DNA from: Candidatus Multivoradales bacterium
GTDB lineage: Bacteria; Acidobacteriota; Thermoanaerobaculia; Multivoradales; Multivoraceae
Length of the DNA stretch: 64,000 bases
Reading direction: 5' to 3'
Assembly: GCA_965223325.1 (NCBI GenBank)
Contig: CBDCWI010000002.1
Location: forward strand, 1,344,001 to 1,408,000
The position numbers and the translations under genes are program-made. Numbering within the stretch: the stretch's first letter is position 1; every line of letters starts with the position of its first letter. This document shows positions 57,341-64,000 of this stretch, piece by piece. The notes beneath the pieces were generated by a model. That model did no database searches, was not told the DNA's origin, and was given only the letters and a program-made list of their open reading frames with translations.

Positions 57341-58900
57341 CTATTCGGGATCGAGGTATCCGAGCGCCTCGAGCTCCTCGCGATGGCGCGCATCGACCGC
57401 ACTCGGTGCGAGCAACCTCGCCCGCTCACGCATTTCTCGATAGGCCAGCTCGACGTCGGCCAGCATCGCGTAGCCGGTGGCGAGGACCTCGGGATCGAGG
57501 TCTTCGGGTCCCAGGGAGAAGCGCTCGTAGGGATCGCTCGCCAGGTCGAAGAACTCGGGGCCCGAGAGGATGCGCCCTGGCGGTGTTTCCGGAGCTCCAG
57601 GTTCGGGCTCGATCGAGGCGATCAACTTGTAGCGCCCGCGCACCAGAGCCAGGCGCTCGCCGACCGTCCAGTCCCAGTGCACCAGTTCCTCGACCCGGGG
57701 CCGACGGACAGCAAACGAGGTGACGACCTCGCGAGGGGGCAAGGCGCCCGACGCCGCGCGCGCGATGGCCGCCCACAAAGGTCGGCCGGACGGGGCTCGG
57801 ACGTCGTCGCTACCTGCCGTTCGACGGCCGGCGCCGATCGCACCCCATCGTTGACGCGCCTCGTCACCAAGCAGGTCGACGAGCCCGGCGCCCAGGTCCA
57901 CCAGCTGCAGCGCCTCGCCGCTCGAGTGGCCGGGCCCGATGACCTCGGGCCAGCGCATGACCAGGGGCACCCGCAACTGCTCCTCGTAGACATGTTTTCC
58001 GTGGCCGAGGAAGTCGTGGTTGCCCAGACCTTCGCCATGATCGGCGGTGACCACCCACAAGATGTCGCCGGCCTGCTCCGTGAGTTGTTCGTCGAGCCAA
58101 CCGAGTTGTTCATCGACGAAGCGAATCTGCGCGTCGTAGCGATCGAGGCGGGCGAGCAGCTCTGCTAGACCGTCCTCGTTGACCACCACTCCGTGACGAT
58201 CGTTGACCCAGGCGAGGAAGGCTGGCGAGCGATAGGTGGCGTCCTGACGAAGACGGCGCATCGACGAGCGCGGGAGCCAATGCCGGCGTGGCCACTCGTG
58301 TACGTCGAAAAGGTGGATCCAGACGAACCAGGGTTGGTCCTCGGGTTGCGCTCTGATCCAGTCCCAGGCCGCGCTGGTCAGGTACGCCGCGTTCTCGAGT
58401 TGTGGCGGCACCGGGGCATGTTCGAAGCCGCGCTTCGTGCCATCGAGAAAGTGGACCGGCGTAAAGGCGGCGGTCTTCCACCCGGCGTCACGATAGCGCT
58501 CGGCGAGCGTCGGGATGCTGTCGTCCAGCACCTCACCGTTGTGGCGCACACCGTGCTCGGGAGGGTGTAGCCCAGTGAACAGGGAGGCGTGCGCCGGTGC
58601 CGTATGCGAACAGGAGGTCCGCACCTCTTCGAACCAGATGCCTTCGGCAGCCAGGCGATCGAGAAAGGGTGTGGTCTCGCGGGGGTATCCGGCAAAGCGC
58701 AGGTGGTCGGCACGCAAGGTGTCGATGGTCACCAGAAGAACGCGTTGCGGCGCCGAAGGAACATTCTCGGAACCGCTCGCAGGGGAGCCCTTTCGTGATC
58801 CATTGGGGTCACCGCTACAAGCGTGGAGAAACAGGCCCGCCAACAGGCCCGCCGACAGGATCGGGATCGGGATCGGGATCGGGAAACGTCCGAACCTCAC
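57341..58900 (-). CDS. Sulfatase-like hydrolase/transferase (Thr-type), probable lipoprotein
   Basis: IDTLRADH, HTAPAHASLFTG, HLFDVH, TADHGE, LEALGY tail; lipobox LHAC. Confidence 0.88.
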   Translation of the reverse strand: MRFGRFPIPIPIPILSAGLLAGLFLHACSGDPNGSRKGSPASGSENVPSAPQRVLLVTIDTLRADHLRFAGYPRETTPFLDRLAAEGIWFEEVRTSCSHTAPAHASLFTGLHPPEHGVRHNGEVLDDSIPTLAERYRDAGWKTAAFTPVHFLDGTKRGFEHAPVPPQLENAAYLTSAAWDWIRAQPEDQPWFVWIHLFDVHEWPRRHWLPRSSMRRLRQDATYRSPAFLAWVNDRHGVVVNEDGLAELLARLDRYDAQIRFVDEQLGWLDEQLTEQAGDILWVVTADHGEGLGNHDFLGHGKHVYEEQLRVPLVMRWPEVIGPGHSSGEALQLVDLGAGLVDLLGDEARQRWGAIGAGRRTAGSDDVRAPSGRPLWAAIARAASGALPPREVVTSFAVRRPRVEELVHWDWTVGERLALVRGRYKLIASIEPEPGAPETPPGRILSGPEFFDLASDPYERFSLGPEDLDPEVLATGYAMLADVELAYREMRERARLLAPSAVDARHREELEALGYLDPE

Positions 58901-59949
58901 CTTGAACCGCCCTCTTTCCCGGTCACCTGCGCTTCGAGACCCATGGCCTCGGCGAGCAGCCGGTAGGAACGCAACCGGTCTTCGAAAGCGTAGGTGATCG
59001 TCAACACGATGACCTCCTCGGCGCCGTGCTCCGCCGCCAGCTCTTCGAGACGGCGAGCGACGCTCTCGGGCGAGCCATGGATCGAGCGCGCCTTCAACGC
59101 CTCGAGAGTCGCGCGCGCACCCTGGTCGAGCTCTCGCGCCTCACGGAGCGCCGTCTCCGGTGACGGAAAGGGACCGGGACGACCGGCGGTCAGGCGAATC
59201 CACCACATGAAGCGAGACATCGACAGGCGCGCCGCCTCCTCGTCGGTCGCGGCCACCAGCGCCGATACCCCCAGCGCGACGTGAGGGGCCGCCACATCGC
59301 CGCCCTCGAAATTGTTGCGGTAGGTGAAAAGTGCAGCGGCCGTCTCGCGCGGGGCGATGAAATGGGCGTGACAATAGCGGCAACCGAAGTAGGCTGCCAG
59401 CTCGGCGCTCCCGCCGCTCGAACCGAGCAGCCACACTTCGGGAGGCGAAGTCACCTCCGGCAGAGCCCGCACGCGCTCGAAGGGATGCCCGGCCGGCAGC
59501 CCGTCACCGAGATAGCCCAGCAGGTCGCGGACCTGGTGCGCAAAGCGCTCGCCGGGGCTCCCGCCACCTCCACTGAGTGCCGCCGCCGTCAGGCCGTCGC
59601 TACCCGGAGCCCGCCCCAGACCGAGATCGATGCGACCTGGAAACATGGCTTCGAGCAGGCGGAAGTTCTCGGCCACCTTGAGCGGACTGTAGTGGCTCAG
59701 CATGACGCCACCGGTGCCGACGCGCAGGTGCTGGCTGACCGCCGCGAGCCGCGGCACAAGAATCTCGGGACTCGCACACGACAGGGCTCCCGATGCGTGA
59801 TGCTCCGCGATCCAATAGCGGTGGTAACCCAACTGGTCGACCTGCCGAGCAAGCTCAACGCTCTGGGCCAGTGCTTCGGCCGCGGTGCCACCGGACCGGA
59901 TGGGCACCTGGTCGAGGACTCCGAGTTGGAGGTCAGTCAATGCACCCAC
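58897..59949 (-). CDS. LLM-class flavin-dependent oxidoreductase (luciferase-like, YhbW-type)
   Basis: LGYHRYWIAEHH, RVGTGGVML.HYSPLKVAENF, GRIDLGLGRAPG, WLLGSS. Confidence 0.92.
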   Translation of the reverse strand: MGALTDLQLGVLDQVPIRSGGTAAEALAQSVELARQVDQLGYHRYWIAEHHASGALSCASPEILVPRLAAVSQHLRVGTGGVMLSHYSPLKVAENFRLLEAMFPGRIDLGLGRAPGSDGLTAAALSGGGGSPGERFAHQVRDLLGYLGDGLPAGHPFERVRALPEVTSPPEVWLLGSSGGSAELAAYFGCRYCHAHFIAPRETAAALFTYRNNFEGGDVAAPHVALGVSALVAATDEEAARLSMSRFMWWIRLTAGRPGPFPSPETALREARELDQGARATLEALKARSIHGSPESVARRLEELAAEHGAEEVIVLTITYAFEDRLRSYRLLAEAMGLEAQVTGKEGGSR

Positions 59950-60575
59950 TCCGGGCAGTCGCCACGTCGTTGTCGCTCGCGGCGTGCCCAGCGGGTCAGG
60001 AACTCGAGCTGGGTCGCTGGGTGCTGAATGCCGCCGACTGGGAAGTCACCGAGCAGGAAGGCCGGCACACCGACGACGCCGAGCTGTGCCGCTGCCCGCG
60101 TCGCCTCGATCAGGCGGTCTCCGTCGGGGTCAGAAGGTGGTTGCCCGCTCGAGCCGGCGCGCAGGTACAGCTCTTCGGCCATGTCGGCGTCATCGAGAAC
60201 CCGTCCATGACGGTAGACCTCCTGCCAGACCGTGTTGCGAAAGGTGCGTTCCCTCTCCTGGTCGAGCTCCGCCAGACAGAGCGCCACGTCATGGACCTGG
60301 CGCGAGTCCATCCAGAAGTCGGGCAGCACGACCTCGACCTCGAGCGAGCGGGCGACCTCGGCGACTCCCGCGCGGCGCCGGCCTGCGAGACGGTCACCTC
60401 GCTGCCAGCCGGAGAGCAGCGTGAGGTCGACCGGGTGCCAGGTGAGTCGCACACCCGCCGCCAGCAACGGCTGTTCGATCTGGGCGGTCACCTCGTGGGC
60501 CACGAAGCAGATGGCCGAGGCGAAGTCGTAGAAGACCGGAACTTCGAAGGCGGTGTCCTGAGAGTGGGTGATCAT
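59937..60575 (-). CDS. DSBA-like thioredoxin-fold protein (FrnE/HCCA isomerase-like)
   Basis: FYDFASAIC, W.P, GV.GVPAF....GIQ; start re-called at ATG 60575. Confidence 0.75.
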   Translation of the reverse strand: MITHSQDTAFEVPVFYDFASAICFVAHEVTAQIEQPLLAAGVRLTWHPVDLTLLSGWQRGDRLAGRRRAGVAEVARSLEVEVVLPDFWMDSRQVHDVALCLAELDQERERTFRNTVWQEVYRHGRVLDDADMAEELYLRAGSSGQPPSDPDGDRLIEATRAAAQLGVVGVPAFLLGDFPVGGIQHPATQLEFLTRWARRERQRRGDCPEWVH

Positions 60576-60762
60576 CAGAGCGGATCCGGGGACTCGAAGC
60601 GCGGGTCGAGCATGATTCGTTGGACCGTGTGGGCAGACCCTACACCGGCCTGTAGGATAGGAATCCGAGGTGTGACCCGCCCCGGTCGCCTGCCTGCCCC
60701 ACCCCTCTCCGCCCGCCCCCACCACTCCTCCCGCAACACTTCTTCGCCACCTCCGAGACTGC

Positions 60763-62922
60763 ATGCTGAAACATCGGGAGTCCACGCTCCAGCCGACTCT
60801 GGCGGCGCTCTTGTTCGCCGGTCTCTTCGAAGGCCTTGCCATCGCCCGCTACGACGTCTTGATGGCCGACTTCACCGGCACAGCGCCGCTGTGGGCGACT
60901 GCCAGCGTCTTCCTCGTCATGCTCACGCATCTCATCGGCTGGGGCAGCATCGCCTGGATCTTGCGACGCTCTGGGGTGCGCGATCGTTGGGTGCTTTGGG
61001 CGGCGACGGCCGCCGTGGCTGCAGCGGTGGCACTGTACGCCCGCCTGGCAATTGACGACCGAACGGTGCTTTCACCCCTGGTGGCGGTCGGGCCCCTTGC
61101 GCTCTACCTGCTCTTTGCCATCACGCGACTCTGGCGCCTGCACTCAGCCAACCGCTCGCCTCCGACGCACATCGAGCCAAGTCGCCGAGAAGCCGTCACC
61201 AATGCCATTCTGGTGGCGCTCGCCTGGCTGCCCGTCGCCGTGTGGTCGCTGTTCGGCCGCGTACCGGACGTTCCCTTTCCGCTCGGAACCCAGGTTTCGT
61301 TCGCGGCCAGCAACGCGTTGATCGCCATGATGATCGTCGCCGCCGTGTTCTGGTGGGCGCGTGCGGCAGTCCTGGGAGCAGGCCTCCTGGTGCTCGGCTC
61401 GTTGCTCGCGATGGTGGCACCGCGGACCCACGCCGACCCAGGACGTCCCAACGTGCTGTTCGTACTTGTCGACACGCTCAGACAGGACTACACGGCCCCC
61501 TTCGGCGACGCCGTACGGGGCCAGGCCATCAAGGATCTCGCTGAGCGCGGCGTGACCTTCTCGCGCACCCTCACCGCAATACCCAAGACGCCCGCATCGG
61601 TGGCCTCTTTCTTCACCGCTCGCTACCCGCCCGGCCACGGCGTGCGGACGCTCTTCGACGCGCTGCCCGAAGTCAACAACACGATCGCCGAGGAGTTCCA
61701 AAGCGCCGGCTACCGCACGGAAGCGTTCGTCGCCAACGCCTGGATCAGTCGCGGGCGCAGTTTCGGCCAGGGCTTCGATCGCTTCCACGGCTGGCAAGAG
61801 TTGAATCGCCCCTGGGGGCCGCTGCGCTACGTCAGTTGGTGGATGGCCTTCGACCGGCTCTCCATGCAACGTATCGAACCGTTCTCCGGCCAGACCTACG
61901 CGCACAGCCTGACCGATCGCGTGCTGGCCGCGCTCGACGACGGCGACCGCGACCCCTTCTTCCACTATGTCCACTACTTCGAACCGCATTGGCCGTACCT
62001 TCCGCCGCCCGAACTGGCCCGGCGCTACGGTGCCGACCCGGAGCGCCCTTCGAAGGTCAACAACGTCGGATCCGGCGACCTGGCGCGCGCTGTCATGTTG
62101 TTTGACAACCCGCTCCCCGAGGACGAGAACGAGCACGCGCGAAAGCTCTATCGCGGCGAAGTCGACAACACCCTGGCCGCGGTCGGGCGGCTGCTGGAGG
62201 GCCTCGAGGAGCGCGGGCTCACCGACGACACCATCGTGGTGTTCACCGCCGACCATGGTCACTCGCTCGGCCAACATCGCTACTGGTTCCACCACGGCGC
62301 CTTCCTCTACGACGACTCGGCCCTGATCCCTCTGGTGCTGTCGTGGCCGGGCTCGATTCCCGAGGGTCGAAATGTCGACTTCCAGGTGCGTTCGGTCGAC
62401 GTCATGCCCACGCTCGTCGAACTCGCACTCGACAGGGCGCCGCGACAACCGGTGACCGGTGAGAGTCTGGCTCCCCTCTGGAAGGGCACAGAGAGCGAGC
62501 ATCGTGAAGCCTTCCTCGAATCCGACGTCAAGATGATGGTTACCAACACGCGACGCGCAGTACCGGGCACGGTGGGCAAACTGCGAGCGGTTTCGGACGG
62601 ACGGTGGAAGCTGGTGATGACTCCCCTCGCACCGGGCTTTTTCTTTGAACTGTTCGACGTCCAGGAAGACTCTGCCGAGCTCACCAACCTGGCCCAGGTG
62701 CCGGAACATCGAGCCACTTTCGAGCGCCTGTCAGAGGCGCTCCAGCGCCTGATCCCAGAAGCCGAGCGTGACGCACTCGACCTCCTCCAGCGCCAGACCA
62801 ACCGCCCGGCCGACCCATCGAGTTCCGCCCCGGGCCCAGGCGGTGAAGGTCAGGAAGATCCGATCGACGAGTCCGAGCGCCGACTGCTCGAGAGCCTGGG
62901 GTACGTCGAGGGCGGCGCATGA
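60763..62922 (+). CDS. Multi-TM membrane-anchored sulfatase-like protein (Thr-type)
   Basis: About 7 TM segments, then PNVLFVLVDTLR.D, PKTPASVASFFT, HYFEPHWPY, TADHG, LESLGY tail. Confidence 0.88.
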   Translation: MLKHRESTLQPTLAALLFAGLFEGLAIARYDVLMADFTGTAPLWATASVFLVMLTHLIGWGSIAWILRRSGVRDRWVLWAATAAVAAAVALYARLAIDDRTVLSPLVAVGPLALYLLFAITRLWRLHSANRSPPTHIEPSRREAVTNAILVALAWLPVAVWSLFGRVPDVPFPLGTQVSFAASNALIAMMIVAAVFWWARAAVLGAGLLVLGSLLAMVAPRTHADPGRPNVLFVLVDTLRQDYTAPFGDAVRGQAIKDLAERGVTFSRTLTAIPKTPASVASFFTARYPPGHGVRTLFDALPEVNNTIAEEFQSAGYRTEAFVANAWISRGRSFGQGFDRFHGWQELNRPWGPLRYVSWWMAFDRLSMQRIEPFSGQTYAHSLTDRVLAALDDGDRDPFFHYVHYFEPHWPYLPPPELARRYGADPERPSKVNNVGSGDLARAVMLFDNPLPEDENEHARKLYRGEVDNTLAAVGRLLEGLEERGLTDDTIVVFTADHGHSLGQHRYWFHHGAFLYDDSALIPLVLSWPGSIPEGRNVDFQVRSVDVMPTLVELALDRAPRQPVTGESLAPLWKGTESEHREAFLESDVKMMVTNTRRAVPGTVGKLRAVSDGRWKLVMTPLAPGFFFELFDVQEDSAELTNLAQVPEHRATFERLSEALQRLIPEAERDALDLLQRQTNRPADPSSSAPGPGGEGQEDPIDESERRLLESLGYVEGGA

Positions 62923-64000
62923 CGGCCGGAACTCCTCCGCGCTACGCCGCGCCGCTGGCAGTGCTCCTCGCCATGGCCTTTTTTCTGACCGTCTTTCTGC
63001 TCGGCATCCAGCAGGAGAAGGGCGCCATCCTCGCACCCATCATTGCCGGGGCCGCAGGTTTCGTGCCGATTCTGACTCAGTTGTCGTTCGTCGTTCTGGT
63101 CGAGGTTTCACTCGTCTTGATCGCCCATGCCCTGCAGCTCGGAGACGTAGGTGTCGGAAGCGGCTCGCCAGGAGACCCTGCCAGGCGTTGGGGCATGAGA
63201 GGCTTTCTCTGGCTCGGACTCGTTGCCATCGTCCATGCCATCTTGTACTGCTCTGCAGTCGCTGAGCATTCCTTCGTCTTGCATACGGCAACCCGCCTCG
63301 ACCCGCACGTTCTCGCCTACGCGGTCGAGAACTTCGCGATGCTCCAGAGCGTTCTACGCTCGGGCGCCGATGCGCACCTCACTCTGCGCGCCTCGCTCGC
63401 CGGCCTTTGTTTCGTCGCCGGTCTCCTTGCGGGCCTTTGGTTCTCGCAACGACTCGGCGCGCACCAATCACTCGTCTCTCGCCTCGAGGTTCTCTGCCGG
63501 CCGCCGGTGATCGTCGCCTTGCTGGTTTTGGGTGCCCTCTTCCCGCTCGGGGTGTCATGGACCCTGGGTGGCGGTGGCATCACCACGATCGACCCGCTGG
63601 GCTTCTGGTACGCCAGCCTGGCGCGCCAGCCGCCGCCACCGCCGGCGGCAGTCGGTCTCATCCTCCCCGACGACTTCTACGCCGCCCCGCAGCTTCTCCC
63701 CCCAGCCATCGACTCGGACCCGGCGTCCCGGCCCAACGTTCTTCTGGTGGTGCTCGAGTCGACCCGCGCCGTCTCCCTGCCGCCCTGGAATCATGCCGAG
63801 GAAGCTCCGCTGGCGCTACCCTTCTTCGAGCGCATGGCGCGCGAGGGAACGGTGGCCCTCGAGACCTATGCCGGCGTCACCCACACCACCAAGGCGCTGC
63901 CCTCGATCCTCTGCTCGGTGGCGCCACGGCTGGTGATCGACACCACCGAGACGTTGGACAACGGTCTGCCGGTTCCGTGCTTGCCACACCTCTTCACCGG
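62919..64000 (+). CDS. LTA synthase (LtaS)/sulfatase-like membrane protein, 3' end outside the window (not in ORF track)
   Basis: ATG overlaps the upstream TGA; open to window end; multi-TM then RPNVLLVVLES...P.F...Y....HTTKAL.SILC. Confidence 0.82.
   Translation, partial: MTAGTPPRYAAPLAVLLAMAFFLTVFLLGIQQEKGAILAPIIAGAAGFVPILTQLSFVVLVEVSLVLIAHALQLGDVGVGSGSPGDPARRWGMRGFLWLGLVAIVHAILYCSAVAEHSFVLHTATRLDPHVLAYAVENFAMLQSVLRSGADAHLTLRASLAGLCFVAGLLAGLWFSQRLGAHQSLVSRLEVLCRPPVIVALLVLGALFPLGVSWTLGGGGITTIDPLGFWYASLARQPPPPPAAVGLILPDDFYAAPQLLPPAIDSDPASRPNVLLVVLESTRAVSLPPWNHAEEAPLALPFFERMAREGTVALETYAGVTHTTKALPSILCSVAPRLVIDTTETLDNGLPVPCLPHLFT

Overview
GC-rich bacterial chromosomal segment. The lineage is probably Acidobacteriota/Thermoanaerobaculia-like, inferred from the gene repertoire and not verified. 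It holds about 55 densely packed CDSs: the 3' end of an aldehyde:ferredoxin oxidoreductase plus a MoaD/ThiS protein, a Gfo/Idh/MocA-DUF1080 glycoside cluster, lipid/acyl-CoA enzymes, signalling proteins, envelope glycosylation genes, mtgA, speA, an RDD-SpoIIM-DUF4129-DUF4350-MoxR-DUF58 operon, xth, ABC transporters, an ECF42-type sigma with a YciI/DGPF partner, and three Thr-type sulfatase/LTA-synthase-like proteins. I found no rRNA, tRNA, CRISPR array or prophage. Two things stand out. (1) A three-gene operon (BON-OmpA, an unlisted 51-aa membrane protein, and a membrane-anchored tandem DUF4332 helix-hairpin-helix protein) is laid out like arfABC and could link the cell wall to DNA. (2) A family of intergenic long-hairpin/REP-like elements with strand-biased G-T pairing, plus a 188-bp palindrome-rich tandem array, shares the window with a stand-alone HUH (RAYT-like) transposase. 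All family assignments come from motif recognition by eye; no database search was run.
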